From assembly GCA_934636655.1 (NCBI GenBank), contig CAKUAS010000011.1, positions 8,105 through 72,104 on the forward strand: a stretch of 64,000 nucleotides of DNA, given 5' to 3'. Source of the stretch: an uncultured Oscillospiraceae bacterium (GTDB taxonomy: Bacteria; Bacillota; Clostridia; Oscillospirales; Oscillospiraceae). Both the position numbers and the translations under genes were made by a program. Shown here piece by piece: positions 1 to 8,731 of the stretch (position 1 is the first letter of the stretch; each line of letters starts with the position of its first letter). The notes beneath the pieces are model-generated. The model was not told the origin of the DNA, searched no databases, and was given only the letters and a program-made list of their open reading frames with translations.

Positions 1-270
1 GAGCGTTCCAGCAGAAACGATATCCTCCTCGTTCGGAGCGTCCACGGGCTGCGGTGCCTCAGTGTTCACGGGCGGCTGCGTGCTGGGCTCGGGGCGCCGT
101 GTCTGCTGCGCGGCGCTCATGCCTGGGTTCAGGCCGTCCGTGGGGGTGTCAGCCCCCTTTGCGAGGCTGTAGGCCGATATTCCTATCACGATCACACATA
201 GTGCAAGGACTATGTAGAAGCCCTTGCCGGCAAAAAACTTGTCAAGTCTGCCGCTTTTTTCGTTCTGCAT
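1..270 (-). CDS. 5' part of a gene for a membrane-anchored protein (continues beyond the left edge)
   Basis: Not in the ORF track because there is no stop in the window. Reverse-strand ATG at 268-270, with GGAGG (RC of 279-283) 8 nt upstream. I checked codon by codon that the frame stays open to position 1. The translation MQNEKSGRLDKFFAGKGFYIVLALCVIVIGISAYSLAKG... gives a short tail, one TM helix, then a Pro/Thr/Gln-rich linker. Function cannot be assigned from 90 aa. Confidence 0.55.
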   Translation of the reverse strand, partial: MQNEKSGRLDKFFAGKGFYIVLALCVIVIGISAYSLAKGADTPTDGLNPGMSAAQQTRRPEPSTQPPVNTEAPQPVDAPNEEDIVSAGTL

Positions 271-524
271 AGATAAAACCTCCTTTATCTATGCATATTG
301 TTGACCGTTTTATCCGGTAATATACAAAAGGCGCTATGCATTGTGTATTATCCATAAATCGACATTGATGATTTTGTGGGAATCGATAAATTGCAGAAAA
401 TTTGAGAATCCTTGCAATAAAACACGGCTTTCAAGCATTTGTAGAGTAGAAATGACAAGCAAAATAATTAATTTCTCGAAGTTCGACAGCAGCCCACGAC
501 GGCGCAAAAATTTAAGGAGGCATT

Positions 525-1427
525 ATGAAACACAGTAAATTTATATCTCTTCTGCTCGCCGCGCTCATGTTGACCGCTCTGTGCGCCTGCGGAAACGGCA
601 CAACGCTCACTGCTGTGCATCCGAATATTGCTCAGCCGGGATCCGATGCTCATGCAGAGCTGTCTTTGCCTGCAAATCTCTCAATAGAAGCAGCCGGTGA
701 GACGGCAATGCTATATGAATTGGATAACGGCGAGTCATCTGCCATTAAGCAGATAGAAGCCTGCTTTGGCTTTGATCTGTCAACAGCCGAAAAATCAAGC
801 GACAGCCTCAGTAATTACTACTTCACCGAAAACGGATACCGCGCAGATATCGAAAAAGGAATAGGATACTGGTCCGTAATAAAGCTCGACCCGCCTCCCG
901 TAAAGTCCGGCGCTTCAATGACAGACGAGGAAGCTCTTGAGATCGCAAACACCCTGTTTGATAAAGGCGGCCTGTGGCCGGAGAAAATAGAGAATGTCAA
1001 GATCGTCGATCAGTATTCCCTGAACGAGGACGGCGTTTACGGTGTCAGCGAAAAAAGTGTTTTCTACTATCCTACGGTAGATGGCAAAAGTATTTCGGGC
1101 AGGTACAGGATCGAAGTCGATATAAGCCTCGACGGCGAGATAAACTCCGTTTACTATCTTGTCTCTCCCATAAGCAGCTCTGCTTCTGTCAGCCTGAAAA
1201 GCAGCGCGGAGCTTAGCTCCGACGTGCAGTCAAAAAACTACTCCCCGAGCTTTTCCGGCAATCTCTCGGATGCGAAGATCACAGGCTGTAGGCTCGGCTA
1301 CTACGCCGACGGAGTCGAGCACAACGGCAAGACCTACCTTTTCCCCGTTTACGTCATGATCGGCGAGGGCACAAACGCAAACGGTGAAAAAGAGACATTT
1401 GATATAATAATCGACGCGCAGAAATAA
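525..1427 (+). CDS. putative secreted lipoprotein, function unknown
   Basis: 300-aa ORF with AAGGAGG at 514-520 and ATG at 525. The N-terminus MKHSKFISLLLAALMLTALCACGNG is a signal peptide with a lipobox Cys. A hairpin terminator follows. No catalytic motif recognised. Confidence 0.7.
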   Translation: MKHSKFISLLLAALMLTALCACGNGTTLTAVHPNIAQPGSDAHAELSLPANLSIEAAGETAMLYELDNGESSAIKQIEACFGFDLSTAEKSSDSLSNYYFTENGYRADIEKGIGYWSVIKLDPPPVKSGASMTDEEALEIANTLFDKGGLWPEKIENVKIVDQYSLNEDGVYGVSEKSVFYYPTVDGKSISGRYRIEVDISLDGEINSVYYLVSPISSSASVSLKSSAELSSDVQSKNYSPSFSGNLSDAKITGCRLGYYADGVEHNGKTYLFPVYVMIGEGTNANGEKETFDIIIDAQK

Positions 1428-1441
1428 GTTCATACATCAAA

Positions 1442-1472
1442 AGAGGTCAGGATTTTCATCCTGACCTCTTTG
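1442..1472. terminator. bidirectional hairpin terminator between the lipoprotein gene and the feo operon
   Basis: 12-bp perfect stem agaggtcaggat / atcctgacctct with a 4-nt loop. It is flanked by AAAA on the 5' side and TT on the 3' side, between convergent genes. Confidence 0.6.
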
Positions 1473-1481
1473 CGTATTAAA

Positions 1482-1613
1482 TCATTTTTTGCAGTCCTTG
1501 CAGTCGCCCGAGCAGCCGGAGCATTTGCCGCCGCAGCAGCCCCTGCCCTTTTTCATACTGCGCAGGGCGAACACGAGCCATATTACGAGCACAGCAATTA
1601 TGATTAATTCCAT
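1482..1613 (-). CDS. FeoB-associated Cys-rich small membrane protein (43 aa)
   Basis: Below the size cut-off of the ORF track. The ATG (RC of 1611-1613) lies 1 nt after the feoB stop (1615-1617). The translation MELIIIAVLVIWLVFALRSMKKGRGCCGGKCSGCSGDCKDCKK is one TM helix plus a Cys-rich tail, the pattern of the family annotated as FeoB-associated Cys-rich membrane protein. Confidence 0.8.
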   Translation of the reverse strand: MELIIIAVLVIWLVFALRSMKKGRGCCGGKCSGCSGDCKDCKK

Positions 1614-1614
1614 A

Positions 1615-3624
1615 TCAGAAGATCACCCCTATCAGAGCATACACGCAGAAAGCCGCCAGCCACGCCACACAGCACTGCGAGACCATTACGAGCACAGTTT
1701 TGACTCCGCTGCCGAGCTCACGTCTGAGAGCAGCAAGAGCGGCCACACAGGGCGTATACAGCAGGCAGAACACGAGGAAGCTCACCGCCGAGGGCAGCGT
1801 AAAAAGCGTCCCGAGCGCCGCGCTGCCGAGGTTTGCTCCGACGCCCATGAGAACGCCGAGAGTGCTTATTACGGCCTCCTTGGCCATAAGGCCGGTGACA
1901 AGCGCCGTCGCAACGCGCCAGTCGCCAAAGCCGAGGGGCGCGAATATCGGGGCGAGCCATGTGCCGATGATGGCAAGCAGGCTGTCGCCGCTCCCCTGTC
2001 CGGCAACGTTGAGGCGCACATCGAAGTTCTGCAAAAACCATATGACGATCGTCGCCGCAAAAATTACCGTGAATGCGCGGCGAATGAAATCCCACGCCTT
2101 TTCCCACATAAGCAGCAGCACGGTTTTAAGCGACGGCATGCGGTAATTCGGGAGTTCCATGACAAATGGCACGGGCTTTCCGGTGAACGCCGTTTTACTC
2201 AGGACCTTCGCTGCTATTATTCCCACAAGCATACCGAAAACGTACAGGCAAGTCATGACAAGGCCGCCGTTATTCGGGAAAAACGCCGCAGTGAACACAG
2301 CATAAATGGGTATCTTCGCAGAACAGCTCATAAACGGGATGAGCAGCATCGTCATTTTGCGGTCGCGCTCGGATGAGAGCGTGCGCGTTGCCATGATGGC
2401 CGGAACAGAGCATCCGAAGCCGATGAGCATCGGGACAAAGCTGCGGCCGGACAGGCCTATACGGCGCAGAAGCTTATCCATGACAAACGCAACGCGCGAC
2501 ATGTAGCCCGTATCCTCAAGTATGGCAAGGAAGAAAAACAGCACGACGATTATCGGCAAAAAGCTCAGCATACTGCCGACGCCTGCAAAAACGCCGTCAA
2601 TGACAAGGCTGTGTACGACCGGGTTCAAACCGTAAGCCGTCAGGGCATTGTCAACGAGCTGCGTCACGCTGTCGATGCCGAGCGCAAGAAGATCCGACAG
2701 CCACTTACCCAAAACACTGAACGTCATCCAGAATATAAAGCCCATGATGGCTATAAACGTCGGGATGGCAAGGTACTTATTCGTGAGCACCTTGTCTATC
2801 TTCACGCTGCGCAGCATTTCCCTACTCTCGTGCGCCTTGACGACGCACTCGGAGCAAACCGCCTCAATGAAATGGTAGCGCATCTCGGCAAGAGCAGCGT
2901 TGCGGTCAAGCCCGCCCTCGGTCTCCATTTCGAGCACGGCGTGTCCGATGAGCTCGAGCTCGTTTTCGCTGAGCTTCAGCGCTGAGATTATCTCCTCGTC
3001 CTCCTCGATAACTCGTGTAGCGGCAAATCGCGAGGGCACGCCGATCTTATCGGCGTGATCCTCAACGACGTGACTTACGGTATGTATGCAGCGGTGCACA
3101 GGTCCTGCCGAGCAAAAGTCGATCCTGCGCGGCTTATGCGCATTCTCCGCCGTTTCCGCGACAACGCGCATGAGCTCGTCAACGCCGTCATTTTTAGCTG
3201 CCGCTATCGGCACAACGGGTATGCCAAGTCTATCGGAGAGCTTTTGTATATCAACGCTTCCGTGGTTGCCCAACAGCTCATCCATCATGTTCAGTGCAAG
3301 CACCATGGGCTTGCCCATTTCAATAAGCTGAAGCGTAAGATACAGGTTACGCTCTATATTTGTAGCATCGACTATATTTATTATCGCATCCGGCTTACGG
3401 TCGATTATGAAATTTCGCGTCACCTTTTCCTCGCCCGAGTACGGACGAATTGAGTAAATACCCGGCAGATCGACAAGATCGTAGTTCTTCCAACCTATGA
3501 CCTGACCGATCTTATGCTCTATCGTGACGCCGGGAAAGTTACCGACATGCTGATTTGAGCCGGTGAGCTGATTAAAAAGCGTTGTTTTTCCGCAGTTCTG
3601 GTTTCCCACAAGAGCAAGAAGCAT
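1615..3624 (-). CDS. feoB: ferrous iron transporter FeoB
   Basis: 669 aa. N-terminal G-domain motifs GNQNCGKTT (G1), DLPG (G3) and NMMD (G4), followed by a polytopic membrane domain. Its ATG lies 2 nt after the feoA stop. Confidence 0.95.
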   Translation of the reverse strand: MLLALVGNQNCGKTTLFNQLTGSNQHVGNFPGVTIEHKIGQVIGWKNYDLVDLPGIYSIRPYSGEEKVTRNFIIDRKPDAIINIVDATNIERNLYLTLQLIEMGKPMVLALNMMDELLGNHGSVDIQKLSDRLGIPVVPIAAAKNDGVDELMRVVAETAENAHKPRRIDFCSAGPVHRCIHTVSHVVEDHADKIGVPSRFAATRVIEEDEEIISALKLSENELELIGHAVLEMETEGGLDRNAALAEMRYHFIEAVCSECVVKAHESREMLRSVKIDKVLTNKYLAIPTFIAIMGFIFWMTFSVLGKWLSDLLALGIDSVTQLVDNALTAYGLNPVVHSLVIDGVFAGVGSMLSFLPIIVVLFFFLAILEDTGYMSRVAFVMDKLLRRIGLSGRSFVPMLIGFGCSVPAIMATRTLSSERDRKMTMLLIPFMSCSAKIPIYAVFTAAFFPNNGGLVMTCLYVFGMLVGIIAAKVLSKTAFTGKPVPFVMELPNYRMPSLKTVLLLMWEKAWDFIRRAFTVIFAATIVIWFLQNFDVRLNVAGQGSGDSLLAIIGTWLAPIFAPLGFGDWRVATALVTGLMAKEAVISTLGVLMGVGANLGSAALGTLFTLPSAVSFLVFCLLYTPCVAALAALRRELGSGVKTVLVMVSQCCVAWLAAFCVYALIGVIF

Positions 3625-3626
3625 AA

Positions 3627-3860
3627 TTATATCTCCTCCCTGGGGCGGACCTCTATGCGCGCAGCATCTTCCTTGCGCAGGGTCATCGTATAACCCCGAA
3701 GATACAACTCCAGCGGATCGCCGAGCGGCGCGACCTTGCGCACCGTGACCTCTGTGTGCGGTATGAGACCCATATCGAGCAGGTGGCAGCGCAAATCGCC
3801 CTCACCGCCGACTGCGAGAATTATTGCGGGTTTACCTATCGGCAACTTATCAAGCGTCAT
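3627..3860 (-). CDS. feoA: FeoA (small SH3-like iron transport protein)
   Basis: 77 aa, directly upstream of feoB. GGAGG lies 6 nt before the ATG. Confidence 0.9.
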   Translation of the reverse strand: MTLDKLPIGKPAIILAVGGEGDLRCHLLDMGLIPHTEVTVRKVAPLGDPLELYLRGYTMTLRKEDAARIEVRPREEI

Positions 3861-3887
3861 AAAAAACCTCCACGGCGCAGCAACATG

Positions 3888-3922
3888 TTAGGTTCGCCTA
3901 ACTTATGTTAGTTTACGCTAAC
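3888..3922. promoter_or_regulatory. two tandem DtxR/IdeR-type operator-like palindromes over the feoAB promoter
   Basis: TTAGGTTCGCCTAAC at 3888-3902 and TTAGTTTACGCTAAC at 3908-3922. With flanks they match the DtxR/IdeR consensus TTAGGTTAGCCTAACCTAA at 16/19 and 14/19. Box 2 overlaps the -10 hexamer and box 1 covers the predicted start region. Confidence 0.55.
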
Positions 3923-3938
3923 GTAGAGGTTTTGTCAA
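3910..3938 (-). promoter_or_regulatory. sigma-A type promoter of feoAB
   Basis: On the reverse strand: TTGACA (RC of 3933-3938), a 17-nt spacer, then TAAACT (RC of 3910-3915). Confidence 0.55.
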
Positions 3939-3948
3939 CAAAAAGGCA

Positions 3949-5703
3949 TTAGCTATCTACCGAAGCTATTACTTTGCCTGCATCAAGGCTGAGCACTTTC
4001 ATGCCGCTCATATCCGCAACATAGACGCTGTCTCCCACATACACGGCGCGCGCCTGAGATAGTTCCTCGTCAAGCGGTATCTCGACAGTCTGTATGAAAC
4101 CATTTTCATCACTGTAAGAAAACAGCAGATAACTCGTACCCGTACAGAAGCCAATGATGTTGCGCTCGGGCGATATTAAAAGCGCGGTGTGATCGTAAAG
4201 CGCCTCGGTATAACTGCTCCCGGCAAGATTCTTCGTGTTTTTTACCGTGACATTCGCCTTGTCAGAGGTGTCAAACATCACAAGCTTCAACCCTGTAGCA
4301 ACGCCCGTTTCCTCGTCTGCCTCATTGCCGAGGCCAAAAAGCCTGTCGTCCGACCATGTGTGCAGATAGTCGGAAAAGCCGCTTATCTTGAGTTCGCTCA
4401 GGATCTTCGGGTTTTTCGTATCGGACACGTCGGCGGCAAACAGCGGATCGACCTGACGGAATGTACAGAAATACACAAAATCACCGTCAAAGCGCACGGA
4501 ATACACTCTTTCGCCCTTGGCAAGTCCCTCCACTGAGGATAGTTTATTCAGGCTATCGTCGAGAATATACAGGTTATTTGCCGGTGAGCTGCGCTCGGTA
4601 TCGTATTTATAGCTTTCAAGGTCACGTGCTTCGTCACGGTATACGGTCCAGTAATTTGGCTCATTGGTCGTAACTACTCGCAGAGCGCCGTCATACTCAT
4701 CCATGGAGAACTGGCTGTCAAGATAGCCCTCGACCGTACCCGTGGCCGCAACGGATAGATCGTATACGTTTATTCTTATTATATCCGTGTACTGCTTATC
4801 GGCGTGCTCGGAGACATTATAGATGCTCTCCGTATACGTTTTGAGCTTCTCTTGCTCAAGCCGCCACGCGGCAAGATAGAGGCTGTTCTCGTTCATATAG
4901 GCTGTGCTGCCCGCGCCGAGAACCGAGCGCTGTGTTAAAGCATTGCCGGTCTTAGCGTCATACGCACCTGTGACAACATAGCTTGCTTCGTTGACACAGG
5001 GCATGATGCTTATGCATTGGCTGTCTGCAAGCTTTGCTTCACCGTTGCAGTAAAGCTGCGGAACATAGGTCTTGGGTTCTGTGCGTACGGCGTCACTCAT
5101 AATATAATAGCTTGTCAGAAGATATAGTTTCCCGTCGAAAAGTCTGCTCGTCATGAGCCATCCGTCCTGCCCCGAGGATGCTATGAGCTTTGCGCTTGCG
5201 GGATCTGAGACATCGTAGTAATACACCATTGTGCGTTCGCGGGCATCTTCATACGACACGGCATCGCCGCCGTACACGCTATTTACCGACGCTATCAGCA
5301 TAAGCACACCGTCAAAAACGTATATCCTGCTTACCCACCCGCTTTCCTCGGGCGGCACGACACAGCCGACCTTGCGGCTGTTCTCCCCGGCAGCCTCGTA
5401 TATCGTGACATTTTTACTGTCGAGATAATAAACATATTTGCCGTCGGTCTTTATGGTATCCGCCTCATCGACACCGTCAACCTGTGCGTTTGTTTTCGAG
5501 TGCTCCTCGCTCGTTACCGCAAGCGCGGCATCTGCGCCATCGTTTAAGATATACCTCGCATTTGACCTGTTTTCACTCTGATACTTTTTTACCGCAGCGT
5601 AGACCTCGGAATATCCGCTCGCCTTTTTCTGCTTTGCCGTGCATGCGCACGCAGAAAGCGCGATAGCAATACACAGCGAAATTGCAAGAAGTTTTTTCAT
5701 CAT
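3949..5703 (-). CDS. beta-propeller domain-containing lipoprotein (Beta_propel family), function unknown
   Basis: 584 aa. Signal peptide plus lipobox (LSACAC). The motif NAQVDGVDEADTIKTDGKYVYYL is typical of the clostridial/archaeal secreted beta-propeller family. Confidence 0.7.
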   Translation of the reverse strand: MMKKLLAISLCIAIALSACACTAKQKKASGYSEVYAAVKKYQSENRSNARYILNDGADAALAVTSEEHSKTNAQVDGVDEADTIKTDGKYVYYLDSKNVTIYEAAGENSRKVGCVVPPEESGWVSRIYVFDGVLMLIASVNSVYGGDAVSYEDARERTMVYYYDVSDPASAKLIASSGQDGWLMTSRLFDGKLYLLTSYYIMSDAVRTEPKTYVPQLYCNGEAKLADSQCISIMPCVNEASYVVTGAYDAKTGNALTQRSVLGAGSTAYMNENSLYLAAWRLEQEKLKTYTESIYNVSEHADKQYTDIIRINVYDLSVAATGTVEGYLDSQFSMDEYDGALRVVTTNEPNYWTVYRDEARDLESYKYDTERSSPANNLYILDDSLNKLSSVEGLAKGERVYSVRFDGDFVYFCTFRQVDPLFAADVSDTKNPKILSELKISGFSDYLHTWSDDRLFGLGNEADEETGVATGLKLVMFDTSDKANVTVKNTKNLAGSSYTEALYDHTALLISPERNIIGFCTGTSYLLFSYSDENGFIQTVEIPLDEELSQARAVYVGDSVYVADMSGMKVLSLDAGKVIASVDS

Positions 5704-5849
5704 CTACTTCCTCCCGTCAGCTTAGTATTGTAATTATGACGCTGCGCAATACCAAAATGTTTCGTAAATGTGAAAAAAGGCGCGCCGCAGTTGAGCGGCG
5801 CAACATAGTGATAAGTCGGTTTTGAGCGGCTCTTTTCCGACCATACTTC

Positions 5850-5899
5850 AAAAAAAAATCTCGGTAATACACAAAGTATTACCGAGATTTTGTTATTTT
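5850..5899. terminator. bidirectional intrinsic terminator
   Basis: 15-bp perfect stem aaatctcggtaatac / gtattaccgagattt (5856-5870 and 5876-5890), with an A-run upstream and a T-rich run downstream. Confidence 0.75.
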
Positions 5900-6097
5900 G
5901 CCTGAGCGAAAAATATCACTCTCAAAACTGCGATGCACACTGTAAAATTGGATTTTGTTCTGTGGCAAGGCAAAAAGCGCAGGAATAATGGCGATATATT
6001 TCGAGCATTTTTAACGCCGCCACGGGGCAAAAGGCTTTTTACTGGGCGGCTTAGCCCTATGTCGCACCACCCTTAGCGGCGTCTTTTTGTATTATTG

Positions 6098-6808
6098 TCA
6101 TGTGCCGAGGTAAGCAGCTTTTACCTGCTCGTTTGCAAGCAGTTCTTCGCCTGAACCGGACATCGTGAGTCTGCCTGTTTCAAGAACATAGCCGATATGC
6201 GCGGTCTTGAGCGCCATATTTGCGTTCTGCTCGATCAGCAGAACGGTAACGCCGCGCTTGTTGATCTCCTTGATGATATCAAATATGCCGCGTACGATGA
6301 TGGGCGCAAGACCGAGCGAAGGCTCGTCCATCATGATGACCTTGGGGCGGCTCATGAGCGCTCTGCCGACTGCAAGCATCTGCTGCTCGCCGCCGGAGAG
6401 GGTGCCGCCCTCCTGCCACGAGCGCTCCTTGAGTCTCGGGAACAGGTCATACACCCAGTTGAGGTCATCAGTCAGGTCGTCATTACGCAGGTAAGCACCG
6501 ATCTTGAGATTTTCCAGAACCGTGAGGTCAGGGAATATCTTACGTCCCTCGGGAACGAGTGTTATACCCTTTGTGACGATCGACGTCGGGTCAAGGCCGG
6601 TGATGCTCTCGCCCTTAAATTCTATCGAGCCGCCGGAGGGCTTGACAAGGCCCGCTATCGCGCGCAGTGTCGAGCTCTTGCCCGCACCGTTTGCGCCGAT
6701 AAGTGTGACGATCTGCCCTTCGGGAACGTCAAAGCTTATGCCCTTGACGGCCTCAATGCCGCCGTAATTGACCTTGAGGTCATTGATTTTCAGTATTGTA
6801 TCACTCAT
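6098..6808 (-). CDS. livF: branched-chain amino acid ABC transporter ATP-binding protein LivF
   Basis: Walker A GANGAGKSS, signature LSGGEQQML, Walker B VIMMDEPSLGLAP. The start MSDTILK overlaps the livG stop by 8 nt, so the ORF-track N-terminus is over-extended. Confidence 0.9.
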   Translation of the reverse strand: MSDTILKINDLKVNYGGIEAVKGISFDVPEGQIVTLIGANGAGKSSTLRAIAGLVKPSGGSIEFKGESITGLDPTSIVTKGITLVPEGRKIFPDLTVLENLKIGAYLRNDDLTDDLNWVYDLFPRLKERSWQEGGTLSGGEQQMLAVGRALMSRPKVIMMDEPSLGLAPIIVRGIFDIIKEINKRGVTVLLIEQNANMALKTAHIGYVLETGRLTMSGSGEELLANEQVKAAYLGT

Positions 6809-7646
6809 CTTCAACAACCCCCAAATATGCGTCAATGACTCGCTGATTATTTTGAACCTCCTTGGGCGTGCCCTGAGCTATCTCGGAGCCGAAGTCGATG
6901 ACATAGATATAATCGGATATCTGCATGACAAGCTCCATGTGATGCTCGATAAGGAACACCGTGAGGTTGTGCTTTTCGCGTATCTCGCGGATAAACTGAG
7001 CGAGCTCAAGCGTCTCCTGCGGGTTCATGCCTGCGGCAGGCTCGTCGAGAAGCAGAAGCTTCGGGTCGGCGGCAAGTGCGCGCGCTATCTCAAGGCGGCG
7101 CTGAAGACCGTAGGGCAGGCTCGTTGCTATCTCATCCTTGTATTTATCAAGACCCTGCTCGCGCAGAAGCTCCATCGTCTCCTCGCGCATGCGCTTTTCC
7201 TCAGAGGCATTGAGCCTGAAGGTTGCGGTAAACACATTCTGCTTTGCATGCATGTGCTTTGCGATGAGGACATTTTCAAAAACGGTCATGCTCTTCCAGA
7301 GCCTTATGTTCTGGAAGGTGCGCGCAATACCCTGCCGGGTTATCTTATCAGGAGTGTTGGCAACGACCTTGCCGAGGTACATATCGCCGTTTTCGCCCTT
7401 GTAGTTTTTCTTCATCTTGCCCTGCGGGTGATTACGCACGATGGGCTTGCCCATGAACTCGACAAGGCCGTTTGTCGGCTCATAAACGCCTGTAATACAG
7501 TTGAAAGCCGTCGTTTTGCCCGCGCCGTTGGGGCCTATGAGGGCGATTATCTTGCCCTCGGGTATATCAAGCGAGAGGTTGTTGACGGCGACGACGCCGC
7601 CGAACTGCATCGTAACGTTTTCAACGTGAAGAACATTATCGCTCAT
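6801..7646 (-). CDS. livG: branched-chain amino acid ABC transporter ATP-binding protein LivG
   Basis: Walker A GPNGAGKTT, signature LPYGLQRRLEIA, Walker B LLLLDEPAAGM. Overlaps the livM stop by 4 nt. Confidence 0.9.
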   Translation of the reverse strand: MSDNVLHVENVTMQFGGVVAVNNLSLDIPEGKIIALIGPNGAGKTTAFNCITGVYEPTNGLVEFMGKPIVRNHPQGKMKKNYKGENGDMYLGKVVANTPDKITRQGIARTFQNIRLWKSMTVFENVLIAKHMHAKQNVFTATFRLNASEEKRMREETMELLREQGLDKYKDEIATSLPYGLQRRLEIARALAADPKLLLLDEPAAGMNPQETLELAQFIREIREKHNLTVFLIEHHMELVMQISDYIYVIDFGSEIAQGTPKEVQNNQRVIDAYLGVVEDE

Positions 7647-8728
7647 TTACCCTCACCTACCTTGTCCTCAGCAGCGCGTTTTCTTCTGCCCTTTTCTATA
7701 GCATTTGTTATGATCTGTGGAAGCTCCTTATCGCCGAACATTCCGCGGCTGAAGAACAGAACGATTATCATAATGACTACTGAAAAAACTACCATACGGA
7801 AACTGCCTCTGGTTATGCCGGGAATAAGCGTTTCGCTGTCGAGGAAACGCAGCCACCACTCGCGGCACGCAACAAACAGGAATGTTGCAAATATGCTGCC
7901 GCTTATAGAGCCTATACCGCCGATAACAACGATGAGCAATATCTCATAGGTCATTATGGTGCTGTAGCTTACCGCGGACACAGTCGTGTTGAACATTGCC
8001 AGCAAGCCTCCGGCAATACCTGCGAAAAACGCGGATATGGTGAAGGACATCATCTTGTGCTTTGTAAGATTAATTCCCATAGCCTCCGCAGCGATCTCGT
8101 CGTCTCGTATGGCCTTGAACGCTCGTCCATAGCTCGATTCTATAAGCAGAACAATTATCAGTATGGATATCGCACTTATAGCGAGGTAAGTCGGCAGACC
8201 AAATCCGGTTGCATACTGACTTAGCGGATCGGGACCGTTCGTCAGGGGCGCAACATCATTGGACATGATGATATTCTTCATTATTTCCGCAAAGCCAAGA
8301 GTAGCAATAGCCAGGTAGTCGCTCTTAAGTCTAAGCACCGGAAGACCTATGATAAATGCAAATATTGCGGCTATCACGCCGCCTATCAGTAATGCAGGAA
8401 TAAACGGCAGGCAAAAATCGATTATTCCACCGGCATGCTTATACAGGACATTGGCACGCACCTCAACAGGTATGGTTAAGAGGGCATACGAATATGCGCC
8501 AAGCGCCATAAAGCCTGCCTGTCCCAGTGAAAACAGTCCGGTAAAGCCGTTAAGCAGGTTCATTGAAACAGCCGCCAGTGCGTACACGCAGGTCTTTTGA
8601 AGCACGACCATGAGCATACTGTCGCTTCTCACAACCTTGTTTATGACAAGCAGCGTTATGAGCAGCACCGCAACACATATCAGTGTGACGATGGAGTTGG
8701 TGTTATTTCTTTTTGCAGCTATTTTCAT
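7643..8728 (-). CDS. livM: branched-chain amino acid ABC transporter permease LivM
   Basis: 361-aa polytopic membrane protein lying between livH and livG. Confidence 0.85.
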   Translation of the reverse strand: MKIAAKRNNTNSIVTLICVAVLLITLLVINKVVRSDSMLMVVLQKTCVYALAAVSMNLLNGFTGLFSLGQAGFMALGAYSYALLTIPVEVRANVLYKHAGGIIDFCLPFIPALLIGGVIAAIFAFIIGLPVLRLKSDYLAIATLGFAEIMKNIIMSNDVAPLTNGPDPLSQYATGFGLPTYLAISAISILIIVLLIESSYGRAFKAIRDDEIAAEAMGINLTKHKMMSFTISAFFAGIAGGLLAMFNTTVSAVSYSTIMTYEILLIVVIGGIGSISGSIFATFLFVACREWWLRFLDSETLIPGITRGSFRMVVFSVVIMIIVLFFSRGMFGDKELPQIITNAIEKGRRKRAAEDKVGEGK

Positions 8729-8731
8729 TCG

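Noticed and set aside
54-272. A 72-aa plus-strand ORF at the left edge.
   Set aside because: It is Arg/Cys/Ala-rich nonsense antisense to a reverse-strand gene that has a proper GGAGG-ATG start at 270 and a TM helix.
5932-6075. A 47-aa ORF (MHTVKLDFVLWQGKKRRNNGDIF...) in the region downstream of livF.
   Set aside because: It has no RBS and a basic, low-complexity composition, and it is on the strand opposite to local transcription. The region is treated as non-coding.
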